Source: Klebsormidium nitens
Taxonomy: Eukaryota > Plantae > Klebsormidiophyceae
Length of the DNA stretch: 64,000 bases
Reading direction: 5' to 3'
NCBI GenBank assembly: GCA_000708835.1
Contig: DF237070.1
Span: 1 to 64,000, forward strand
How positions within the stretch are numbered: position 1 is the stretch's first letter; the number at the start of each line of letters is the position of its first letter. The notes beneath the pieces were generated by a model that saw nothing but the letters and a program-made list of their open reading frames with translations, was not told the DNA's origin and searched no databases. Both the position numbers and the translations under genes were made by a program. Shown piece after piece: positions 10,491-22,700 of the stretch.

Positions 10491-13400
10491 ATGGCGTGCA
10501 TTGCATGCAACAGGTCTTTGAGCTCAGCCCTTGCGAGGATCTCACAGACGTCCCCCCCGCACCATAAAAACCCTCAGGTTGTCGCCGCTGCTCGCCTCCC
10601 TACCCATGCCCACTCCAAAGGCAAGGCCTTCCAAAGAAGAGGTAAGCAATGTGCGCAATCACTAAGCAGAATGAACGGCTTAATTGCCAGTAGCTCGTTT
10701 GCAGACATCACTGAGTTGACAAGTGCGGGGCTGTGCGATGTCGGCACATCGGCGCCGCTCTTGGGCCGGAGGCGCGGGCGTACTTTTGCCAGTGCGAGCG
10801 AGGGGGGGCGGGCGGAGGAGGATGCGAGCGGCAAGACGGCTAAGATTGTGGTGGCTGCTGCGATGACGACGGCACTGGCAGTGGCGAATAGAGTACTTTA
10901 CAAAGTGGCCTTGGTGAGTACTTTGATTGCGAAATTGCCCTCAATCTGATGTGGAGGTCCCCGTTTTTCCAGCTCTGGGAAGTCATTGGTAGTTTGATGG
11001 AGATGAGGACTTTGGAATTTGATTTGAATGCCGCCAACGTGGCTGATAGTTGAGCTTGCCTTGTGCTGGGGACTAGTGAGCGCCGAGGTCATCAGAAACG
11101 GCGTTTAGAAGGGGCAACTGCGACGGGCGCCCATCGTGCGAGAGATGGCCACAAGACGTCCAATTATGCTTGGTTGTTGTTACTACCCCAACCAGATTAG
11201 AGCGAAGTATTAGCTTTGACAAGCAAGGGTGGTTCAAGAGGTAAATGAATGTCTGCAAATGGTGCCTGTGCGGGGAGGGTCCAATCAAGAATGCAATCAC
11301 TGAAACCGAATGTCCCTCTTCTTTCAGGTTCCCCTGAATGAGTATCCATTCTTTCTGGCGCAGCTAACAACGTTTGGGTGAGGTACACTGGACTATTTGG
11401 CTCTTGCAACTTGGAAAGAACTAATTCCTTGCTGTAAAAAGCACTCAGTCAATAAGCCAATGGCAAGCTGTTGAACCACTTATCAAGTCAACCCCCGTCT
11501 TTGTCCCGACTTGAATATCCGGTATATGACGATTGTCAGCCATGTGATAGGGGAGATTGGATCCGCATCTATAGGTCCCCCAGCTAGCTGAAAATTCTAA
11601 AATTCCTCACTGCTTCCCACTTCGTGACTTGTGACTAAACAACAGGATTATTGTTAGTCAATCAATATGTCGCTCTGACGCTTTACGGAAGTAACATGGT
11701 TGAAGTTGCGCATCGCAATTGAGACTCTTATGTACACCTTCAGGCATAACACTCCCCCCAAACCCTTGAGGTTGGCCCCGTCAACTTCTATAATTTGACA
11801 AAGCACAAGCGCAATGGCACCATCGGGATTCTCGCAGTCTCTTGTGTCCCAATTTGATAAGCTTAAAAACTCTGTTATCCTTAAAATTCAAGGCAAAGTC
11901 GTCTCTTTCCAGCATTCACCAGATCCTTAACCAGTTTCTCTTAACCCACAGTTACGTCCTGGTTTACTTCTCGGTCCTGGCAGCGCGCAAGCGCATGGGC
12001 ATCGTGACGGACGAAATGCTCGCCATTCCAAAGAAGCGCTTTGTGGCGATGGGCGCCCTCGAAGCGGTGTCACTTGCGATGGGCATGGTAGCAGCCACGA
12101 AATTGCCCGGCGCAATCATTCCGATCCTGTCACAGGTGGGGCTTTCTTCATTGTGGGGTTTTCCTTTCTGCAGAGTTTTGGAAGATAAATGCTTCTCCTT
12201 AAGCTCCTCCGTAATATCGAGATCGAACTCGTCGAATGTAAAATCGATCATCCAAGTTGTGGCGAACTCAGTCTACTGTTCACATCAAAAGTCGACTTGG
12301 TTGTTCGCTTGATATCAAGTGTTTCGATGTGCTCGCTCACATTGTCTGAACAACTCAATCATTGCTCGATTGATAAGGTCAACTTGGTCGATCAACTCGA
12401 CTTTGATCCATTGATCCCGAGTAACGATGTCGAATGACAGCAGTCTTGAGGCCCTTTCCAAAGTGTCTCCACCTCTTTCGAACTATAATACCCCTTTTTT
12501 ACCCTCCTTGGCAGACTTTCATCATCTGGCAACTATCGCTGTCCTCCCTCATCCTTGGAACCCGGTACCAACCGGGACAGCTTTTTGGCGCGCTTCTCGT
12601 GTTGGCTGGTGTGGTCATCGTCGTTGCGAGCGGGAACGACGCGGGGTCTGCTTTCCAGGAGGCCGGGAAGCTATACCCCGCTCTGTATACGCTATCCACC
12701 GTGTTTCCAGCGGCCTCAACTATTCTGAAGGTGAAGCTGCCAACAAATCGACAGACATTTGTGATTTCGAAAAGAAGAGTGGACATCTTGCACCCGATCT
12801 GCCAGCTTTGACGACGAGAAGGGCGTCGCTGCAAAGGCCAGAGTTTTAAGCTCTGACACTCAGAACAATCTCAAAGAGCCCGTTGAAAAAGGTAGAACTT
12901 TATCTGCTTGTCCAAGGGGCCACAGAAAGACACGATTTGGGTCCTGGTCACCGGAAAGCGCAAGAACGCGGTGAAGGCAACTCAAACAATTAGGTCTTGC
13001 CTCTTGAGGAGCCCCGCGAATGGCTTGAATTCAAACCTGTGTTACCTTCTCCAAGAATTTAGCTTCTTACTGATTTGTTCTACTTTTCTCCTTCGCAGGA
13101 GGGTGTGTTTAAAGAGGCCAAGGAAAAACTGAAGGTAGGTTTGTGGTCACCGCATTCCTTTTGTTCAGGGTCTGCCCCGCAATGATAGAACTGACGATTG
13201 GGCCCACGAGTCTCTCAACAGTGGAAAACGAATCTTAGACAGTTCTGAAAGCGAATGTCCATACTACAGTTTGCCTAATATTAAAAACAAATCTTCAGCA
13301 AGGCCCTAGACGGCGGGTGCTTAGACAGCAAGCTCTGTTACCGGGGATTTGCAAACCGCTTCTTGGGACACTTTCATAAGTCAGCGGGGGATTGTGAGGC

Positions 13401-15432
13401 TGCGCTTTTGAGTGCGAGCTTGCGTTCGAGTTGAAATCTGGCTTTCCATCAATCCTTTCGGGCGGAACCTTGTGTAGAGTGACGAGTTTGGCTATAAACG
13501 GACGCAGCCCAAGCGTGCAATACTCAGCGCAAGCTTCCTGCTTTGGTGTCTGTTCTCAATCTAGTTCTTTTCTGCAGGGCAGTGACCTGGACCTGTTCGT
13601 CGTCAACTCGTTTGGGTCCGGCTTCCAGGTACGTACCGCTTCTGAACGCGCGAACAACGCCGAAAAACAATTGCCAGACTGGCTAATGCTGTAACGTTCT
13701 TCTGAGATGTCATGTCATTTGGAAACGGAAACCCCGCCTTGTCGTATTTTGACATGCTTTGCTGGCATGCGCAGTCGTCCTAAGATTTGCGACTTGCTCG
13801 AGATCGTTGAGCTTCTCTTGCGGATCAAAAAACCTTCATTCCTTTATCCTCAACAACCTCACTGTCGGAGTCGAGAATTCCTAATAAAAGAGTACTTGGT
13901 CAGATGGAGACGTTGGGCTTACAAGCGACTGCCTCTGGTCTGACGGCGCAACGTCCATAACTATGATAGCATCGTGTTCCAATCCGTCGTTATGACGTCT
14001 CGGTTGGGTCTCACACAGCATGCTGCTGCAATAGGTCCCTCGTCACAGTATTAAACACCTTTTCAAATGTCATAACAATCCCCCATTGGAGATCTTCCCG
14101 TGCAGGCCATATTTGTCCTTTTGCTCCTCCCTTTCTTGTCCGGCATCAAGGGGATCCCCTTCTCCCAGCTCCCGTCATACCTGAAAGCGGGCACTGCCTG
14201 CTTCTTCAACACAGGCGACGCGGTCGGTGAGTGATCAGAGTGGTGTTTGAGATCTTACGCTAAGCGCAATTCAAAAATACGAAGGGCATCGAGCGAAGCG
14301 TCGAAACCAAGCTCTTACAGCATGGCATAGTGGTCACCCTGGTAACTGCCATTTCACTTAAGAAGCATCTGTTTGAAGATAAGCGCCCGGGAGACGGGTG
14401 GGGTTTGTTGGGTGGTTAGGGTGGGTTCGGGTGCGGAGCGCGTAAATGTTTGCATCAGGGTCTCTAGAATGCACGGTTGACCGTATCCCGGTGAAACGGG
14501 TCTTAAGCGAATTAGGAGTTAGCGGTATGTAGTGGTCGTGATCGCCATCCGCACTCGATCACCGCAGCTGGCTGTGATGGCATTGAAATAATTCCAAGCA
14601 TTACATGTACTCATACGAGTCTCAAGATTGCAATGAAAATTCGGGACCGTTTGTTGATGCAGCACTAGCCGGTTCTGGGACTTTCCTGTCGCGCCAAGAA
14701 AGGAGCGGGTGATTGGTTTGCTCGAGCAGCTTCGGGTTTAGCGTTTGACTTCTTGTCGTTAGGGCTTTGGATTGCATATGACTCTTCGGCGTGCTGGTTG
14801 GCAGCTTTGAGAAAGAGAGAGGTTTAGATGACATTCATGCGTGTTGACGTCGTTGAAAAAAATCTGCTGACAGCGCTTTGTCGTTTTGGATGTGCAGGCT
14901 GCGACGGGGCGCCTTGGCTGCCCTTCTTGTACGTGGCAAGCAACCTGGCGTTTAATGTGTCGGCGCTCAACCTGCTCAAGATGTCGTCAGCAATTGTGTC
15001 ATCATTGACCATGACGTTAGCAGGTGGGTTTCTCTTAAGTTTTTGAAACTATTTAACTGTTGTGCATAGAAGATCAAGTCTATTCTTTTTTCATAGTAGG
15101 AGTTTCTCGCAGTCGATGCTAGATTGCAAACCCCGGAAGCTTCAAGTCCTGAGTCTCATGCAAGAGTCTTGTGAATAGATTCTGCGTCATTGAGTGGCAG
15201 CTTGCACAAAAGAAACAGACTGAAGCAGTTTCCGCTGTTCAGCATGTAGATACATACGCTTTTGCTGACGAGCGACTTTCTTCCTTTCCCTGCAGTGCCG
15301 TTGACCATCTTTGCGTTTACGTTCCCAATCCCGTACTTAGGATCGCCCGCACCTCTTCCCCCGGGCTTCGCAATCGGATCCGCCGTGCTGATTCTAGGTT
15401 TGCTCGCATACAACGTTTCCAAGCGGAAATAG
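10491..15432 (+). CDS. CLT: CRT-like (chloroquine-resistance-transporter-like) transporter, plant CLT family, probably plastid-targeted, ~447 aa, 9 exons
   Basis: Exons 10491-10913, 11328-11377, 11952-12135, 12515-12730, 13099-13134, 13578-13628, 14106-14226, 14898-15023, 15296-15432 join in frame (1344 nt, ends TAG). Peptides ANRVLYKVALVPLNEYPFFLAQLTTFGYV, DLDLFVVNSFGSGFQ and GCDGAPWLPFLYVASNLAFN match the CLT family. The N-terminus is Ser/Ala/Arg-rich and transit-peptide-like. The start could instead be the ATG at 10671. Confidence 0.88.
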
Positions 15433-16744
15433 CATTGGGTGGGCGAAGCTCGACTATCATTCTTTTAGCATGTTTGATACTTGTCCATCTGACCTGAGAC
15501 ACAGGTCAGATGGGCGATTCAAATTTGAACAGATGTACTTGGTGTTACAGAGCTTCCTTACTCAGTAGTGGCTTAGTGGTAGGCTCCTGGTAGACAAATG
15601 TGCACGCTGAGGTTTTTTTAACACTTTTTCTTGCAATGATACTTGCAGGGACCTAAGTTAATGTGTAGACAAGTACTATCTTCAATCGTGCATTTATACC
15701 TTCTCCCTCATACGGTATCTCAAGGAGCTAGCTGCTAGTGGTCTCAGTTGCACCCAGTGCCCCACCTTTTCTGCCTTCAGGCAACGCACGCAGGGTGGTT
15801 ATTCACAGCCGCCGTCTTTTGTACGTACCAGAGCCTTCTGTCCGAGTCATACTATTTTCGTTGCGTGCGGCGCATCAAGGGCCGGCCATGACCCTTACCG
15901 CGCCGATCAGGCGGCCGCGCTTCATCGGATGGTTTACCGGATGTGTTCAAGTTCCGGTCCGGTTGGATTGAGCCGTCGATGTACACGGTCTCCCCATCGA
16001 TGGTTTGAGCGAACGAAAATCGGAAACTGTCTCAGCTTCTGTGGCCGTCGATGTCTTTGTTTCAGATGCCGGCAAGTTGTAGGAAGCAGTTGGGCGTACA
16101 GTTCTATCACCTTGTACGCCGTATTAAAGCAGCTGTGCCGTATACAGTAGATAGGTAGGTACCTATGCCTGGGTGGATACATTGTATCATACAAGTACCG
16201 GTATCGGCTAATATAAACAAGTACTGTCGGGGGTGCTGCGCACAGTGGACACCTTTCGAAGCCCTGCATCTGCTGCGGGCCTGCGAGAAGTCGAACGCCA
16301 ACTCAAGAGCCTGCCAGACTCCTGTGCTTGTCTCGGTATAGGTAATAGGCACCCAAAAGAGCAATAGCTCTTGCAAGGCTGGAACATGACAAGGTGACCA
16401 CCAACGTGAAGCCACAGATGGCCTGGGCAGCTTTGAATGTTGGACAACGTCAGCTTCCGACTTCAAGCCTTGAACTTAGCCCACAGCTCATCATCACCAC
16501 CCGGCCTGAGTCTCAGTGAAAGGCCGTATCTGAATCAGGTATGCAGAGATTGATCGATGAGCTACTACTAAGAGTGGAGAAGGTAGCTTTCGGCTTCTGC
16601 ATTCTGTGTCAAATTGACGACTCTTAGAAATAACAGCGGGGGCTTCTGATCTTTAGAGGTGCTTTCCACTTGCAAGGTTGATAAGAAAGCTCAACCATGA
16701 AGGTAAAGTGAGGTCAGAGCTAGAGCAATAAAAAGGAGTCACCA

Positions 16745-19700
16745 ATGGCTCCTACAGCTGAGGCTGTTGCTGTGCGACCAATATCCGCCACCAATCAAAA
16801 AGGTGAGAAGACGGCCAGCTTCTATGAATTTCAAAGTAATGAGCTCCAGCATGTGTTGCACCACAGAAGTTAGCGTCGCCCAAGCGTAATTGGGGGAAGG
16901 TAACAAGGGGTTGAAAATTGGGCATACATAGTGGCACTAAGAAGCTTCCATGGTTGTGCCAGGTGTAGCCCGTTATGGACAACGCACTGCTGAAGCAGAA
17001 ACTTTGAGATGAAGCGACAGAGGGGGCATAATCCGAAAAAATTACCCGCTGGATCTCAAGATTTGTCTGCTGGAAAGGAAACTGTCAATCAGCCAGAACC
17101 TGGCTAATCTTGAGTCTGAAGAGTCAACCTGCCGATGTTTTGCAGGGCAAGCGGGTTTGCTCAACCGCGAGCCAATTATTTCAGACGGTACGCACGGTGT
17201 GGTGGGCACCAATGGTGCTACCAAGGTGAGCCGCCAGAATTGCCTTCTGGTTCCCGTTAAGCAGCGTTGTCAGTGGCAGTTTTTCCAACCATCACTAACT
17301 CAAAAGCGGAAAGCAGAACAACTTTCAAAGCTGGTACTTCTGTTGAGTACTTTTCATCCTCTGGAAAAGAAGAGGAGTCTCACATTTCTCTGCACCCGGT
17401 TTGGACAGGTGGACGCGTCTGCGGAACTACAGCCAGCCAAAGAGAGCCCCCAGGGAATGCAGGGCGAGCGGTGAGGGCTTTGTCTGTTGGTGGCATTCTA
17501 ATAATCCTTGCTGTAAGTTTAAAGTCCGAGGGTAATTCCGTGGCCCCCATCCCAAGTGCCGGACAGCTGGCAAGCAGCTGCGTGTTCAGGAGAATGCTCA
17601 AACGATCTGAACCACGCCGCTGATGTCAGCGTCACCCAAGATTTTTATAGGCATTTCTCACTTCAACCCATCGGAGACTATGACCACTTCTAAGGTTACC
17701 TGCTGTTAGGTGTGCAAGGGCAGAGAGCCTGTAGCTTGGGCTCTTCAAGCCGATACCTTCAGAACTAACCCAGTAGAAGGGAGCGAGTCAAGGGAAATTT
17801 AGATGGGCCAATGACATGCTTCAAAGGAACCCGCAAGAAGTGGTCCGTCACTTTAAGTGGTTTCACTTACTGGAGACAACGAGACTAGCTACAGAGCAGT
17901 CCAAGTGTCAGCACTGTCGGGCACTGATTGCGTGGAGTCCAAAATGGGACTCAAATCCAGGAAGCAAGCATGGGAACATGTCAGTGCAAAAGTTGGGCCA
18001 TTAAAGGTCCATGGAAGCACGCAAATTGACCCCTCCAACCACTCCCTGAATTGTCGGCTCCTTGCCTTTCGTCCCACAGGAATCGCCGCCTCTTTGAGAT
18101 GCAAGACATTTTGACCCTGCTCGCGAATGAGGGGGTCAATCCCCAGGACTTGAGCCCCCCCGACCCGCGCTCCTCGGATCCGGGGGCTCCGAAACTCGCC
18201 CTTTCACACTTCGACAACACAGACTTCGAGACTAGACTCGGGGGGGGGTGGGTGAATAAGGCCTCGGAGGTCCCGGCCGAAGCGGCCCACGTGGATAGGG
18301 AGACGAAAGCGGTGACATGGCGGCCGTGCAAGGTGCTGGATTACCGGGAGGGGGGCAATGCGTACGAGGTGCAATGGGAGGGGGGGGAGGAGCGGGTATG
18401 GCTTCCCAGGTGAGGAGTTCAGAAGTCAAGTATTAAAAGGTCGTAAAGCTGATGGCAAGCGAAGCGAAGCTACCTGCTACTTGCGGCTATCTTGAAAAAT
18501 GGATTATAAAGGGGCAATTTGGTTGCAGGCTAAGCGTCAGCTAGGCTGCTCAAGCGACTGCCAGGAAGGAGCAATTAAAGCACCAGTAAGATTGGGGGGA
18601 CACCCCATTAAAAGGCCCGAGAGTTTAGGCTTCGAAGTATGAGAGTTGCGGAATCAGAGACCTGAACTGGGTTTTCAGGCCCTGGTACTAGTAGTGAATT
18701 CTATTTGTACAGTCCTCGCTTTGAGGAGTGGGGTTCTATAGGATTTGAAAGCTTCGTGAGCGACTTGGTTTTAGAGCGCAGGCTTACAGTGATAGGCGCC
18801 TACAATAGCAGCTCAGTAGGGCGACGTACGGGTGTCAAAACCCCTTGAATTGACAGGTCGTAAACGAAAGCTGTGCTAGGAAGCGCAACAAACATTGCGG
18901 TCTCTCGCATTGTGCGGTGTTAAAGAGTCGTGCTCGGCAAAGCAGAGACATGAGGGAGAGTCGGGCGGGCGCACATTGAGTACCAGTCTCGCAATCAAAC
19001 GGTCCCTTTCTAGCAGACAACTTGGAAAACACTTGGGTCAAAGACAATTGCCCCGTAGGCAGAATCGCCCAGCATCACATCGAGGACGAAAAACAGAGAT
19101 CCCTTTGCGTTGCTACAAGTGACATCCAGAAGTAAAGATCTCTGGTCGAATATCCAGGGCCCGTCAAGCGAGTGTGCTAGTCATAAAACCGTCCTCAATT
19201 GGCTCCTCTTCGTCCGTGGTTAACCACGCCCTTCCAGACCGAAGACCCGTTTCTCTTAAAGAGCGTGGCGGAGGCGCTTCAGACTGCACAATCACTCCAG
19301 GATTTGCCTGGGAGAACATTTTTGTTTCAGCTTGATTGAAAAGCAGATCAGAATCGGTTCCTCCTACCCCACGTGCACTTCCACGCCGAAGACTTGTTTC
19401 TCTTCGCGAAGCGCGTGGCGGAGGCGCAGCAGCCGCCCCCTTCACACCATTTTACCTCTAGGCAATCGGGGATGCTGTTAGAATTAAGGTCATAATCAGT
19501 CCCTCCCATTGTGCAGGATCCACGTGCACTTCCAGGCCGAGGACCCGTTTCTCTTCGCAAAGCGCGTGGCGGAGGCGCAGCAGCCGCACAATCACACCAC
19601 ATTGATCTGAGAAAAGCTCCTTCTTTTTATGAGAACCAGATTAGAATGGGTCCTTCCCACCGCGCAGGATCCACGTACATTTCCAGGCCGAGGACCCGTT

Positions 19701-22700
19701 TCTCTTCGCGAAGCGCGTGGCGGAGGCGCATCAGCTGCGCAAGCGGGCGGAGTCGCTGCTGCGCTACAATTTGTACGTGGACAGCATGCCCACCGACGAC
19801 ATCCCGGGGCTTTCCCCCGAGCAGATCAGCCGGATGCTGGCGTGCTCGACCAACTCGAAACGGCTGCGCGAATGGGCGTTCGACAGCTCGCAACTGGTCG
19901 CAGAGGTGAGCGGGCGAGGGCTTTGCTGACGTAACCGATTGTGGAGATGGGTTGCAACCTCAAAAGTCCTTGCTCCCTGCAAGCATTAGTGTCTCATAGC
20001 TTCAAGGCCGACTAGGAAGAGTGGTATGCAATTGGAAATCGGCAGCTTTAATCGGAGAAGGGTCATCGGGGCTCTTGTCGACGAGACGCTTTGATTGCTG
20101 ACGTCAGGGTTCGACTTGCTACTGACGAAGAGGTTGGATAGATATAGTCGACCGGTGAGCTTTCTTGATGTCAAACCAACTTGAGCGAGCCACGTTTGCA
20201 ACGGAAGGCCCTTAGGCAATGCCGAGAAGCTCCGATGATGCTTGTCATTTGGGATGGGTCGCCGTTTTGGGGTCGCGTCTACTCTGCACGAAGGCGACCA
20301 CGTTGCACGAACAGTCGCCCATAGCTTCCTTGTTCGTTCGTTCAGGTGAACCTGGACTACGCGCGCGCCATGAACAAGATCATCTTCGACGAGAGCGTGC
20401 GCAAGCGGCCGCGCTCTCGTGACGTCATGTTCATGCCCGTGGACGAGGAGTTCCCGATAGACCCGCGGCCGCCGGTCCCTCAGTGAGTCCAAAACATCTA
20501 GGATCTAAAATTCGACGTTTTTGGAGAAGCTTTTCCATGTACAGCAGCTTGAAGCCATCTAGGTTTTTTGTGGGGCTACTGAGCTTGATGAGCAAGCCTT
20601 TTAGAACGCGACCTCCGCTTCCTCGGTAGGTCGAGAAACTTGAGGCGACTGGTTGAATTTCCCACATTGAGGGCGATTACTTGGATAAGCAGGCAGTTTG
20701 GCACGTAGACAGTCTGTTGTTTTCAAGGTCTTTTGACTGTGACTTGAGTCTGTCAGATAACAGACGGAAACAGGAAACGTGGGTGCTACGTATGCTATGA
20801 AAGCGCTTGGTTGGTGGTGCTTAAGAGGATACACACGAAGAAAGGTTGGAAGATCGAGACGGGGAAAGGGGCTCCAGTCAACATGGAATATCGGAGATGA
20901 TGGAGTCTTTATGGACTCGAAGATTTTATGGCTTGAAGAAGCATCATTATTGTTTGGATAAAAGCCGGCCACGAGTAACGCATAGACGTCGCAATCAGTC
21001 GTCGCGATTAGTTGCGGAGCCCACCAGCCGACTCGTGTTTTCAAGTCTCGGTTACTCATCCCCGGTCGCTTTCCACTCAGGTTCGGCTGCGTCCAGATCC
21101 CCCGGTACGCCTTCCCCGAGCAGCTCAGCGAGTTCGTGTTCCACACGTGCCTCTCTCGGCCGGAGGTCATCTCGGCAACCGTCAAGATAAGGGCGGAGTG
21201 CAACAAGGTCGCCAAAATGAGCCTGTTTTCGACCACCCACACGAAGAGCAGCAGAATGGACGAGTTTGAGCAGGTCCAGGTGCAGGCGTGCGACGCGGTG
21301 GCGACCTATCTCAAGGACAGGTGAGGGAAACCGTCGCCGGAAGAGGGGGTGTAATCGCTGGAGAAAGAATGTTGCTGGCGGCTTGTTTGAAGAACTGATG
21401 CAGTCGAGCTTGTGTTACGTTTCTGGTTTGAGGGAAACCACTCGATGCTTTTCAAAAATAACAAGGGAGACCTTTTATTTTGGGCAACCCCTCCTTTTGA
21501 TTCCAACTTTCTAAGATACATCCTTTAAACGGACAACCTTATGCGATTGTCTCCGTACGTAGCTCGCGAAGGGCATGCAGACTCTTTGCCACGTCTTCAA
21601 TTATCAAAGGTCATTGCCATCATCTTCAAAGCGCTTCTTATTGGTTCTTACTTTTGTGGACTTAGCAGCCCGTGAATTGCTAAGGCATCTCACAACACGA
21701 ATGCTTTTTATATTGTCGACCGCTCTTCGGTTTGCGAGCCGACGTGTCGCGCCGCGCGCTAAACCCCCAAACCCTTCCCCCGCAGTTGGGTCAGCACGAT
21801 CAAAGGCATCATACGGTCCAGCTTCAAGGACGTCGGCAAAGGCTGGTTCTCGCTCCAGGGCCAGTCGCAAGACACTTATTTCGGAAGCAAGTTGCACCGA
21901 TTCCTGCTTATGGTCCGATTCCTTATGGAGGATAATCTGAAGTGTATGGTGGATGAATCGCTGGCCAAGTACGTGGATCACATGGACCGGAACTGCAATC
22001 CGCTGGTGGACGTGCGCGGGGTGGATGACGTGGCGGTGACGTGGCAGAGCGACGACGCCGCGGTGAGGGCCCTGCTTCTGCAGCGAATGTTGCTGCCTGG
22101 ATTGTGAGAACAGTGTGTGGAAAGAGCGTAAGAAAGGAACAGGGTTGCTAAAATTGCTCGGCAGGGAGCACTGAAACAATCAAAAATTGATGCAGATTCT
22201 GTTGTGTTCTAGAAGTATGGTTGATGCTGTTGTGACGGACGTCAAGTGCAAGTCCGCTTGTGCATCTCGTAACTGAGAAGAATCTACTCCAATTTGTTAC
22301 AACGGACGCACAAGCCGCCCCTTCTTCCGCTGAGGCGCATCAATGCCCACGGCGGCGCGCTCGAATACAGGTCGCTTATAAACATGTTCGAGCAGCTAAC
22401 TTGATTACTAGCTTCCATCAAGCCTTTTTCGAATCAGCAAATTGATTTCCTGCAGCGGTCGCGCAAGCCGCCCCTCTTCGCGCTCGAGCTCCTCTCGACC
22501 GACGCGGGCGCGTTCGACTACAACACGCCCGTGAGCCTGTTTGAGCAGATGATTGGGAAGACGTTCGACCACGGTGTGACGGCCTGCCAGAGCGTGCCGC
22601 AAATTGAGCCGCAAATCATGGACAACCTCTTCTGGAGCCACAAACCGATGGTCAGCTTCTGTCAGCTGCTTCCGCCTATTCTTTGCTTCTTCCCCTTATT

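Noticed and set aside
15569-15579. tRNA A-box-like TGGCTTAGTGG
   Set aside because: No B-box or cloverleaf downstream.
16270-16982. Possible small minus-strand hydrophobic ORFs upstream of dynein
   Set aside because: Short, no homology recognised, and they overlap the likely dynein 5' UTR and first exon.
19220-19740. Regularly spaced repeats resembling a CRISPR array
   Set aside because: Units are degenerate copies of an exon start in a eukaryotic intron, with no constant repeat/unique spacer structure and no cas genes.
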